Part shown: piece after piece, positions 34,400 through 42,875 of the stretch
Layout of the letters: each line of letters opens with the position of its first letter
How positions within the stretch are numbered: the stretch's first letter is position 1
Assembly (NCBI GenBank): GCA_964596545.1
Contig: CAZQUP010000001.1
Location: 70,181 to 134,180, forward strand
Source: an uncultured Desulfatibacillum sp.
GTDB lineage: Bacteria > Desulfobacterota > Desulfobacteria > Desulfobacterales > SpSt-501
Reading direction: 5' to 3'
DNA length: 64,000 bases
Notes under the pieces: model-generated
Told to the model about the DNA's origin: nothing
The model's input: only the letters and a program-made list of their open reading frames with translations
Database searches by the model: none
Translations under genes and position numbers: made by a program

Positions 34400-36124
34400 A
34401 TGACGGTCATGACGGACCCCCTTCCTGCGGAGGTCCCGGGCGCCAACATCGCCTCGACCCTGAGCGAGGCCGCTCGGTCCGCTCCCTATAAGCCGGCCGT
34501 GGTGGCCGCGGCGGGCCGCGGCCCGGACGGCCGGCTGCGTTACGCCCACCTCACGTTCGCCGCGCTCGAGGAGTCCTCGGACCGCCTGGCCTGGGGCCTG
34601 AAGGAGATCGGCCTGGACCGCGGCATACGGACGATCCTTCTGGTCCGCCCGAGTCTCGAATTTTTCGAGGTGCTTTTCGCCCTTTTCAAGGTCGGAGCCG
34701 TGCCGGTGATCGTCGATCCGGGCATGGGGTTGCAGCGCATGCTCGCCTGCTACCGCTCGACCCGACCTCAGGCCATGATCGGCATTCCCCGGGCGCACGC
34801 CTTCCGGAGCCTCTTCCGGAAGCATTTCCGGGACGTCCGCATCCGCGTCACCGTCGGCCGCAGATGGTTCTGGGGGGGAAAGACGCTTCGATCGCTTTAC
34901 CGGACGGGCCGCGGCTCGTTTCCCGCCGCCGCGAACGCCCCTGACGACCCCGCGGCCATCCTGTTCACGACCGGAAGCACCGGGCCGGTGAAAGGCGCCG
35001 TTTACACCCACGGCGGCTTCGCCGCCCAGCTCCGGGCCGTCGGCCGCGAACTCGCCTTCGGTCCGGAGGAAAAGGACCTCTCCACCTTTCCGCTCTTCGC
35101 CCTCTTCTACCCCGCCTTGGGGGTGACCGCCGTGCTTCCGCCGCTGGATCCCCGACGTCCGGCAAAGGCCGACCCGGCGCTTCTGTTGGAAGTGATGGAG
35201 AACCAGGGGGTGACCAACCTCTTCGCTTCGCCCGCACTCCTCGAGCGCCTGGCCGGATTTTGCGCCGACCGCGGTCGGCGGCTTCCCTTTCTGCGGCGCG
35301 TGATCTCCGCCGGAGCGCCGGTTCCGCCGGCGACGGTCGCCTGCGTTCGCCCGCTGCATGCGGCCTCCGCCGAGATCCTCACCCCCTACGGCGCTACCGA
35401 GGCCGTCCCGGTCGCCGTGATCCGCGACGCGGAGATCCTCACCGAAACGCGCCCGCTCACCGAGCGGGGCTACGGCATCTGCGTCGGCACCCCCGTCCAG
35501 GGCATCGAACTGCGGATTCTGCGCATCCGCGACGAGCCGATCCCGCATTGGGACGATGGGCTCGAGCTGCCCGCCGGAGAGATCGGGGAAATCGTCGTAC
35601 GCGGAGCTCATGTAAGTCCAGGCTACTTCGAAAATCCCCGGGCCGACGCCCTGCACAAGATCCCCGACGGCGACGGCGGGTTCTGGCATCGCATGGGCGA
35701 TCTCGGATGGATCGACCGCAAGGGTCGTCTGTGGTTCTGCGGCCGCAAGAGTCATCGGGTGATCACCTCTTCCGGAACCCTCTTCACGGTCCCCTGTGAG
35801 GGAATTTTCAACACCCATCCCCTCGTCCGTCGCAGCGCCCTCGTCGGCGTAGGGCCGAGCGGACACCAGGTGCCGGTGCTGTGTGTCGAGTTGCGCCGGA
35901 CCCAGCGCCGGGTCCGTCGCCATGTCGTGCGCGAAGAGCTTCTCGATCTCGCCCAACGCCACGAGATGACCCGTTCGATCCGCACCGTGCTCTTTCATCG
36001 CTCCTTCCCGGTGGACATCCGGCACAACGCGAAGATCCGGCGCGAGGACCTCGCCGCGTGGGCCGCCCGTCGGATGAAGATGAAAAGCGCCCGCAGCCGG
36101 GGACGAAAGGGAATGCCTCCGTGA
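34400..36124 (+). CDS. oleC: OleC, AMP-dependent synthetase-family beta-lactone synthetase
   Basis: Adenylation motifs LFTTGSTGPVKGAVYTH, YGATEA and GEIVVRGAHVSPGYF are present, and the gene sits between oleB and oleD. Confidence 0.8.
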   Translation: MTVMTDPLPAEVPGANIASTLSEAARSAPYKPAVVAAAGRGPDGRLRYAHLTFAALEESSDRLAWGLKEIGLDRGIRTILLVRPSLEFFEVLFALFKVGAVPVIVDPGMGLQRMLACYRSTRPQAMIGIPRAHAFRSLFRKHFRDVRIRVTVGRRWFWGGKTLRSLYRTGRGSFPAAANAPDDPAAILFTTGSTGPVKGAVYTHGGFAAQLRAVGRELAFGPEEKDLSTFPLFALFYPALGVTAVLPPLDPRRPAKADPALLLEVMENQGVTNLFASPALLERLAGFCADRGRRLPFLRRVISAGAPVPPATVACVRPLHAASAEILTPYGATEAVPVAVIRDAEILTETRPLTERGYGICVGTPVQGIELRILRIRDEPIPHWDDGLELPAGEIGEIVVRGAHVSPGYFENPRADALHKIPDGDGGFWHRMGDLGWIDRKGRLWFCGRKSHRVITSSGTLFTVPCEGIFNTHPLVRRSALVGVGPSGHQVPVLCVELRRTQRRVRRHVVREELLDLAQRHEMTRSIRTVLFHRSFPVDIRHNAKIRREDLAAWAARRMKMKSARSRGRKGMPP

Positions 36125-37140
36125 ACCGCTGCGGCGACGAACCCATCCTGGTCACCGGCCCGGGCGGCTTTCTCGGGTCGGCCTTGGTTTCCGCCCTCCT
36201 CGCCCGGGGACGCAAGGTGCGGGGCTTCAGCCGCTCGAAACCCCCGGGGCTCTCCCGTCTGCCCGTCCGGTTCCTGCCGGGCGACCTCGCCGACCCCGAA
36301 GCGGTGAACCGGGCCTGCCGTGGGGTGGAAGTCGTCTTTCACACGGCGGCCAAGCCGCCGCCGTGGGGTCGAAGGCGAGACTACGTACGGACCAACGTGC
36401 GGGGAACCCGAAATGTGATCGACGCCTGCCTTCGCCACGGGGTCCGACGCCTGATCTACACGAGCTCCCCGAGCGTCGTCTTCAACGGCCGCGACCTGGA
36501 AGGGGTCGACGAGTCGGCTCCCTACCCCGCACGCTACAACGCCGACTACCCGGCCACCAAGGCCGAAGCCGAACGGGCGGTCATCGCTGCGGGCAAGGCA
36601 GGGGATCTGCGGACGATCGTTCTCCGCCCCCACCAGATCTGGGGACCGGGGGACCCGCATTTCCTCCCCCGGCTGCTGCGGCGCGCCCACCGCCTGCGGC
36701 GGATCGGAGACGGGAAAAACCTCGTGGACACGACCTTTATCGACGACGCCGTGGAGGCGCACCTGCTTGCGGATCGGGCGCTGGCGGAGAACCCGGCTCT
36801 TTCCGGGCGCGTTTTTTTTATCAGCCAGGGCGAACCTCTGCCCGCCTGGGAGATGATCGACCGCATCCTGAACGCGGCCGGGCGCCCCCCGGTGCAGGGC
36901 TCGATCTCGCTTGTCGCCGCTCGGCGGATCGGCTGGGTTTGCGAGTGGCTCTGGCGTGGGCTGGCGCTGCCCGGGGAGCCTCCGCTTACGCGATTCGTGG
37001 CCGAGGCCCTGGGCACGGCGCACTGGTTTGACCTCTCGGCCGCGCGGCGCGATCTGGGCTACCGCCCCCGGGTTTCCGTGGCTCAAGGACTCGAGCGCCT
37101 GGCCCGCTTCCTGCGGCCGGGGAACGGAAATCTTCGATGA
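36121..37140 (+). CDS. oleD: OleD, NAD(P)H-dependent 3-beta-HSD/SDR-family reductase
   Basis: GTG start overlaps the oleC stop (GTGA). Rossmann motif ILVTGPGGFLGSALV and catalytic YPATKAEAE (YxxxK) are present. The track's 35881 start is an in-frame upstream extension inside oleC. Confidence 0.8.
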   Translation: MNRCGDEPILVTGPGGFLGSALVSALLARGRKVRGFSRSKPPGLSRLPVRFLPGDLADPEAVNRACRGVEVVFHTAAKPPPWGRRRDYVRTNVRGTRNVIDACLRHGVRRLIYTSSPSVVFNGRDLEGVDESAPYPARYNADYPATKAEAERAVIAAGKAGDLRTIVLRPHQIWGPGDPHFLPRLLRRAHRLRRIGDGKNLVDTTFIDDAVEAHLLADRALAENPALSGRVFFISQGEPLPAWEMIDRILNAAGRPPVQGSISLVAARRIGWVCEWLWRGLALPGEPPLTRFVAEALGTAHWFDLSAARRDLGYRPRVSVAQGLERLARFLRPGNGNLR

Positions 37141-37156
37141 ACCGAGGAGGAAGGAG

Positions 37157-37669
37157 ATGACCTTGACCGATCTGGCCCCCCTCGAACGATGGCGCGCGCT
37201 CGAGGAGGAACTTCATGCGCAATCGGGGATGGATGTCAGCGTTTTCGACCCGCGCGGCTACCGCATCCTGCCCGAAAAGCGCTGGGCGAACCGCTTGTGC
37301 CCGGCGGTCAAGGAGACCGACAAGGGCCAGAGCTTCATCTGCGCGCCCGCGCACATGAACCTCGCCGCCCAGGCCGCGCGCTCGCGCGAGCCGGTGATCG
37401 AGGAGTGCGACGCGGGGATGATCAAGATCGTGGTTCCGATTTTCGCCGGCGAGGAGTTCGTCGGCGCGGTGGGCGCCTGCGGCCTGCGCTTCGAGGACGC
37501 CGAGATCGACGCCTTCCTGGTGAGCAAAATGACCGATCTCCCCGAGGAGCAAGTGGAGGAGCTCGCCCGCAGCGTCGCCCCCTTCGAGCGCCGGGAAGCC
37601 GCCGCACTGGTCGATCTCATCCGGCGGCGCATCGACGAGCTGGTCTCCGGCATAAGCCGAGATCCATGA
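37157..37669 (+). CDS. Stand-alone PocR ligand-binding domain protein
   Basis: ATG lies 16 nt after the oleD stop and is preceded by GAGGAGGAAGGAG. SGMDVSVFDPRG, C-x-C-rich core and ECDAGMIKIVVPIFAGEEFVGAVGACG match the PocR sensory domain pattern. No output domain is present. Confidence 0.65.
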   Translation: MTLTDLAPLERWRALEEELHAQSGMDVSVFDPRGYRILPEKRWANRLCPAVKETDKGQSFICAPAHMNLAAQAARSREPVIEECDAGMIKIVVPIFAGEEFVGAVGACGLRFEDAEIDAFLVSKMTDLPEEQVEELARSVAPFERREAAALVDLIRRRIDELVSGISRDP

Positions 37670-37687
37670 GAGGCAAAGCGCGGTTGC

Positions 37688-38485
37688 TCAGGCCGCCGGG
37701 GCCGTCTCCAGAAACTCGAGCAGCAGCCGGTTGAAACGCTCCGCCTGCTCGACGTTGGCCAGATGGGAGGCCGAGGGAAGGATCACCAGACGCGATCCCG
37801 CGATCCGCTCGTGGATCGCCTGCGCCGCCGCCACCGGAGTGCCGGGATCCTCCTCGCCGACCACGATCAGTGTAGGAATGCCGATACGCGGCAGCTCGCC
37901 CAGCAGATCGAGGCCGCAGATCGCCTCCGCGCAGCCGACGTAGCCCTCGACCGGCGTCCGCAGGAACAGACGCCGGATCAGGGCCACCCCCGGCCCCTCG
38001 GCTGCAAGAAACCGCGGGGTGAACCAGCGCGCAAGCGTCGCCTCGACCAGCGCGGCCATCCCTCCGCGGCGCGCCAGCGCGATGCGCTCCCGGAGGGCCT
38101 GCGTCCCTTCGGGCGGGATCCGGGCGCTTGTGTCTCCGAGGATCAGGCGCACGATCCGCCCGGGATGCCGCAGCGCGATCACCTGGCCGATCATGCCTCC
38201 CAGGGAGATCCCCGCAAAGCTCGCCTGCGTTACACCGAGGGCATCGAGCAGGGCGACCGCATCGGCAGCGAGTTCGGAGAGCGAGTACGGCGCGGGGGGG
38301 ACTTCGCTTTCCCCGTGTCCGCGGATGTCGTAGCGCACCACGCGGAAGCGGGACTCGAGGGCCGCCAGTTGCGGATCCCAGAGGTTGAGGTCGGTTCCCA
38401 GAGCGTGGCTGAGCAGAACGACGGGGGCGTCCCGCGGGCCGCTCACTTCGCAGTTCGTCTCGAGGGTCGCCGTGCGGATGCGCAT
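37688..38485 (-). CDS. Alpha/beta hydrolase, 3-oxoadipate enol-lactonase-like
   Basis: Internal ATG (MRIRTATLETN) of track ORF 37688..38959. VVLLSHALGTD, nucleophile elbow GISLGGMIG and late His (PSASHLANVE) are present. Confidence 0.75.
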   Translation of the reverse strand: MRIRTATLETNCEVSGPRDAPVVLLSHALGTDLNLWDPQLAALESRFRVVRYDIRGHGESEVPPAPYSLSELAADAVALLDALGVTQASFAGISLGGMIGQVIALRHPGRIVRLILGDTSARIPPEGTQALRERIALARRGGMAALVEATLARWFTPRFLAAEGPGVALIRRLFLRTPVEGYVGCAEAICGLDLLGELPRIGIPTLIVVGEEDPGTPVAAAQAIHERIAGSRLVILPSASHLANVEQAERFNRLLLEFLETAPAA

Positions 38486-39555
38486 CGCGTTTTCCTTTCC
38501 GCGCTCTTTACGGCGGGCGGGGAGGCCGCGGCGTTCCGCTCCGCGGCGATGATGCCGCCGATCAGCGCCGCCAGCTTCGCCGAATCGTGGCGCACGATCC
38601 CGCCCGCGGTGTCGAGCAGATCGCCGGCGTAAAGCCGACGTTCCTTCCAGAAGTCCTCGCCGGGGTCGACTTCCACGAAGTCGGCCTTCTGTCTGCGGTA
38701 AGCCCGCAGAACCGCCTCCGGCGGGCGGCGCCGGTTGGCGATGACGCCGTCCACCGCGCGGCCGAGCGCCGCCTCCAGCCGTTCGACGAAATCCCGGCCT
38801 CGGAAGCGGTCGGTTTCCCCGAACTTGGTCATGAGGTTCAGGATGTAGAGGATCCGGCCGTGGGAGCGGCGCAGGGCCCCGGCGACGCCGGGGACGATAA
38901 GCGCCGCGAGGATGCTCGTGAAAAGGTCCCCCGGCCCGATCAGGATGTAGTCCGCCCACCAGGTGGCGTCGATCACCGGCGGGTAGACCGAGACGGCCTC
39001 GCTGTGGTGAGGGACGAGAAAGACCTCGCGGATCTTTTCGCGCTGCAAACCGCGCGGGACATCGATCGCCTTCTCACCGAACACGCGGCTGCCGTCGGTC
39101 AACTCCGCCACGAGGGTGGCGGGGTCGACCGTGACCGGAAGGATCCGACCGCGAACGTCGAGGATTTCAGCCAGGGCCTGCACGCCGGCGGCGAAACTGC
39201 CGGCGTACCGGCTGAGCATGGTGAGGAGCATGTTGCCGGCGTTGTGCCCTTTCAACCGTCGGTCCTCGACGAATCGCTTCAGCAGGAGCGTGCGGGCCAT
39301 TTCCCGGTGGGGGGAAAGGGCGACGATGCACTTGAGGATGTCGCCGGGGGGAAGGATTCCGAACTCGTCACGCAGCCTCCCCGTGCTGCCGCCGCTGTCG
39401 ACCATGGAAACGACGGCGGTGATCTCGATTCCGGGCAGATCGCGCAGACCGGCGAGCAGGGCGAATTGCCCGCTGCCGCCGCCCAGGGTGAGGACGCGGA
39501 CGGGGTCCTTGCGGCCGTTCTCCGATCTGGAGCGCCCCGGCCGATCTTTCTTCAA
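38443..39555 (-). CDS. YvcK/CofD-family (UPF0052) gluconeogenesis-factor-like protein
   Basis: VLTLGGGSGQFALLAGL, VSMVDSGGSTGRLRDE, PPGDILKC and GPGDLFTSILAALIVPG are present. The start is uncertain: TTG 39555 forms a TTGA overlap with the aor stop, and ATG 39612 is the alternative. Confidence 0.7.
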   Translation of the reverse strand: MKKDRPGRSRSENGRKDPVRVLTLGGGSGQFALLAGLRDLPGIEITAVVSMVDSGGSTGRLRDEFGILPPGDILKCIVALSPHREMARTLLLKRFVEDRRLKGHNAGNMLLTMLSRYAGSFAAGVQALAEILDVRGRILPVTVDPATLVAELTDGSRVFGEKAIDVPRGLQREKIREVFLVPHHSEAVSVYPPVIDATWWADYILIGPGDLFTSILAALIVPGVAGALRRSHGRILYILNLMTKFGETDRFRGRDFVERLEAALGRAVDGVIANRRRPPEAVLRAYRRQKADFVEVDPGEDFWKERRLYAGDLLDTAGGIVRHDSAKLAALIGGIIAAERNAAASPPAVKSAERKTRCASARRPSRRTAK

Positions 39556-41489
39556 AGACGGGGGCCCGTCCGCGGCGCCTCGGAATCCCGTGCGAGCAGC
39601 TCCGCCACCCATTCGAGACCTGCCTCGAAGAGCTTGGCGTCCGTGGGTCGGCCCGTAGCCGGATCGACGCCCGCGATCGCGTAATAGGTTTGTAGGGCCT
39701 TTGCGAATTCCTCGCGGGAGAAGATTTGCTTTCCCGCCCCCGGCCCGTTCGGCTTGGGATCGAAGATCCGCCCCGGAAGCCGATCGTCGCGCGGGGTGAA
39801 ACCCTCCCGGACGTTGAAGGCCCGAGCGAGAAGCGAGCCGCGTTCGGCCGACTGCATCAGGTCAAGGAGGCTCGTCTCCCAGCCCGTCACGGCGCGGATG
39901 CACTCGACCAGGGTGGGGATCGGCATCACCCCGCGCGGGGCGAAGCCGAAGACGCACAGCCCCAGGGAATCGAGCATGCGCCAGTAGCGCTCGAGCAGAA
40001 CGAAAGCGCGCACCTTGTCGGCGGTAAGCGCCGTGGCGGGCATGGGCTGGTGGATGCCGAGCACGCCCACGGAACGGAAGGAGAAAGATTCGGGGTCCAC
40101 GAAGGAAGGGTCGTGGGGCGCGTCCATGTGGTCGGCGCCGTAAGTCGAAAGCGCATAGCCCATGCCGACCCCGGCTTTGATCCGCGGGTCGTGGAGCGCA
40201 AGCTCCTGGCCCTTGACGCACAGGCAGAAATCCGCGTCCTCGAGTTTCAGACGCCGGGCAAGCCTCGCCGAGCCCTCGGCGAGGACCTCCCCGAAGCCTT
40301 CGCGCCGCCCGATCATCTCGAGCAGCCGCAGCACGAGGGCCGGATCGCCGAAGCGAAGTTCGAGACCGCCCGTGTCCGCGGAGGTGAGGATCCCCTTTTC
40401 GAAACACTCACAGGCGAAGGCGATCGTCATCCCCGCGGTGATCGTGTCCATGCCGTAGCGGTTACAGATTTCGTTTCCCTTGGCGACGGCCCGCAGATCG
40501 AGAATTTTCAGGTTGCTTCCCAGAGCGGCGATCGTCTCGTATTCGGGTCCGCCGTAGCGCGGATCGACGCCGTAGAGCGGGTCCTCGAGGGCGATGACCC
40601 GCTTGCACATGATGGGGCAGGCATGGCAGCCCTTGCGCCGTTTGAGCAGCAGCTCGTTGTAACGGTCACCGCCGAGCGGGGAAGCATCCTCAAGGGCGCT
40701 TTCGCGGAAATGGTTCACCGGAAGCCCGCCCGCAGCGGAGAGAATCTCGGGAAAGACCGTCGTTCCGTAGGTGTAGAGCGCCTCCCCCGCCGGATTGCGA
40801 CGGAAGGTCTTGGCGTAATCGGTCGCCGTCCGCCGCAGGAATTCCGCGTCGTGGAATTCGATCTCCGAGGTGCCGAGCGCGGCGACGGCCCTGAGGTTCT
40901 TCGAGCCCATCACCGCACCGAAGCCGTTTCGGCCGTTGAAGTGGCCGAGGTTGTTGGTGATGTTGGCGAAACGCACGCGGCGCATACCCGCCGGTCCGGC
41001 CTGGGCGACGCGGATCTTGTCGCTGCCCAGTTCGCTGCGGATCGCATCTTCCACCTCGCGGGTCTCGAGGAAGGCCAACGCCCGCGCGTCGCGGATCTCG
41101 GCCCGCCCCTGCGTCACCCACAGGTAGACCGGCGCTTCGGCCGCGCCGCGGAAGACGACGGCGTCGAAACCCGCCTTTTTCAATTCGGGGCCGAAAAACC
41201 CGGCCGCTTCGGACTCCCCCGCCGCCCCGGTGAGCGGCGATTTGCCCACGGCGGCGAAGCGGCAGGAAGCCGCAATCGGGGCCCCGGTCATCACCCCCGT
41301 CGCCAGAGTGAAGACGTTGGCAGGCGAAAAGGCGTCCGTCCGCGGCGGCATGTCGCGCAGCAGGTAGTGATAGCCGATGCCGCGGCCCCCGAGAAGACGC
41401 CGGTAGAAGAGGTCGCCCGGCTCCTCGATCTCGATCCGGCGGTCCGTGAGGTCGACATGCAGGATCTTCCCGGTCATTCCCTTGGCCAT
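39552..41489 (-). CDS. aor: Aldehyde:ferredoxin oxidoreductase (tungstopterin AOR family)
   Basis: Start MAKGMTGKILHVDLT with RBS GGAGGAAAAG. GGRGIGYHYL, KSPLTG, GFDAVVFRGAA and 4Fe-4S ligand motif CHACPIMC are present over a ~645-aa AOR-like length. Confidence 0.85.
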   Translation of the reverse strand: MAKGMTGKILHVDLTDRRIEIEEPGDLFYRRLLGGRGIGYHYLLRDMPPRTDAFSPANVFTLATGVMTGAPIAASCRFAAVGKSPLTGAAGESEAAGFFGPELKKAGFDAVVFRGAAEAPVYLWVTQGRAEIRDARALAFLETREVEDAIRSELGSDKIRVAQAGPAGMRRVRFANITNNLGHFNGRNGFGAVMGSKNLRAVAALGTSEIEFHDAEFLRRTATDYAKTFRRNPAGEALYTYGTTVFPEILSAAGGLPVNHFRESALEDASPLGGDRYNELLLKRRKGCHACPIMCKRVIALEDPLYGVDPRYGGPEYETIAALGSNLKILDLRAVAKGNEICNRYGMDTITAGMTIAFACECFEKGILTSADTGGLELRFGDPALVLRLLEMIGRREGFGEVLAEGSARLARRLKLEDADFCLCVKGQELALHDPRIKAGVGMGYALSTYGADHMDAPHDPSFVDPESFSFRSVGVLGIHQPMPATALTADKVRAFVLLERYWRMLDSLGLCVFGFAPRGVMPIPTLVECIRAVTGWETSLLDLMQSAERGSLLARAFNVREGFTPRDDRLPGRIFDPKPNGPGAGKQIFSREEFAKALQTYYAIAGVDPATGRPTDAKLFEAGLEWVAELLARDSEAPRTGPRL

Positions 41490-41554
41490 GTGCTCTTTTC
41501 CTCCCTGGAGGCTTTGGACGTCGAAGGGGACATTTCGAATCCCCCGATCCGGAC

Positions 41555-41584
41555 GGTTTAGCGGGGGGTGAAGGGCCCTGTCAA
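41555..41584 (-). promoter_or_regulatory. Sigma-70-like promoter for the aor operon
   Basis: The minus strand reads TTGACA-N18-TAAACC, about 65 nt upstream of ATG 41489. Confidence 0.4.
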
Positions 41585-41687
41585 TAGCGCCCCTTGAGCC
41601 CAAGGCCGTTTTGGGTTAGCCCTTCCCGAAAAACTCCGCCGGCCCTGACCGGATCGGGCGCCGGCCGTTGAAAGGAGCCTTCCAGCG

Positions 41688-42875
41688 ATGCCGATCGCCC
41701 CGCCGATCGCCTCCCGGCTCGCCGCCTTTGCGGTGATCCGGGACATGTTCGAAGAGGGACGCCGGATGAAAGAACGCTTCGGCGCCGAGGGGGTCTACGA
41801 CTTTTCTCTCGGCAACCCCGACGCCCCGCCGCCGGAAACCTTCCGCGAGCTTCTCCGCAGGCTGGTCGCCGACCCCGCCCTCGATCACGGCTACGCCCCC
41901 GTGTCCGGTCTTCCGGAGGCGCGCGCCGCCGTGGCCGAAAGGCTTTCGGCCGAGCAGGGAATCGAGGTCCCTCCCCAAGCGGTGATCATGACCGCCGGTG
42001 CCTCGGGAGCTCTGAATGTGATCCTGCGCACGCTCTGCGAAGCCGGAGACGAGTTGGTCGTCCCCGCGCCCTACTTCGTGGGATACGAAAACTACGCCTT
42101 TCTCGCCGGCGCCCGGTTGGTCGCGGCGGCAACCGACCGGCGCTTTCACCTCGACCCGAAGACGATCGAGGCCCTGCTGGGACCGAAGACACGGGCCGTC
42201 CTCATCAACTCGCCCAACAACCCGAGCGGCGCCGTCTACACCGCCGCCGAGCTCGAAGCGCTCGGGGCGGTACTCGAAAAAGCCAGTTCCCGTCTGCGCC
42301 GGCGCCTCTATCTCCTCGCCGACGAACCCTACCGCACGATCACCTACGGGGCGGCGGTCGCGCCCGTGTTTCCGGCTTACGCCCACAGCATTCTCGTCAA
42401 TTCCTTTTCCAAGGAACTGGGCCTGGCCGGGGAGCGTCTGGGCTACCTCGCCGTTCACCCCGCGGCCGAGGACGCTTCGCGCGTGGTGGAGGCGGCCTCG
42501 GCCGTCAACTCCATGATGGTGGTTCATGCCCCCGCGCTTTTCCAGCGCGCGATCGCCCGCGCCGGAGGAATCCGCGTCGATGCCGCGCACTACCAGCGAC
42601 GAAGGACGTCCATCTGCGAGGTGTTGGAAGCGGCGGGCTACGCGTTCGTCCCCCCCGAGGGCGCCTTCTATGTGTTTCCCCGCAGCCCGATCGCCGATGA
42701 CCGGCGCTTTACGGTATGGCTGCGCGAGGAGAGGATTCTCGCCAGCCCCGGATGCGCTTTCGGCGTCCCGGGGCATTTCCGCCTTTCGTTCGCCGTCCCC
42801 GAGAAGACGATCCTGGCGGCCCGGGAGGGGTTCCGCCGCGCACGGGAAAGGGCGCTCGCCGAGGCAGGCCGCTAA
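41688..42875 (+). CDS. Class I/II pyridoxal-phosphate aminotransferase (aspartate/aromatic type)
   Basis: FSLGNPD, INSPNNPSGAVY, ADEPY and the PLP-lysine motif NSFSKELGLAGERLGY are present. RBS AAAGGAG lies upstream. Confidence 0.8.
   Translation: MPIAPPIASRLAAFAVIRDMFEEGRRMKERFGAEGVYDFSLGNPDAPPPETFRELLRRLVADPALDHGYAPVSGLPEARAAVAERLSAEQGIEVPPQAVIMTAGASGALNVILRTLCEAGDELVVPAPYFVGYENYAFLAGARLVAAATDRRFHLDPKTIEALLGPKTRAVLINSPNNPSGAVYTAAELEALGAVLEKASSRLRRRLYLLADEPYRTITYGAAVAPVFPAYAHSILVNSFSKELGLAGERLGYLAVHPAAEDASRVVEAASAVNSMMVVHAPALFQRAIARAGGIRVDAAHYQRRRTSICEVLEAAGYAFVPPEGAFYVFPRSPIADDRRFTVWLREERILASPGCAFGVPGHFRLSFAVPEKTILAAREGFRRARERALAEAGR

Noticed and set aside
29559-36025. Minus-strand ORFs 29559..32396 (945 aa), 32107..34449 (780 aa) and 34271..36025 (584 aa)
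   Set aside because: They are antisense to pfaC and oleA-C. The plus-strand genes have clear catalytic motifs, and these ORFs are G/R/A/E-rich shadows.
39726-41561. 611-aa + strand ORF
   Set aside because: It is antisense to the aldehyde:ferredoxin oxidoreductase gene.
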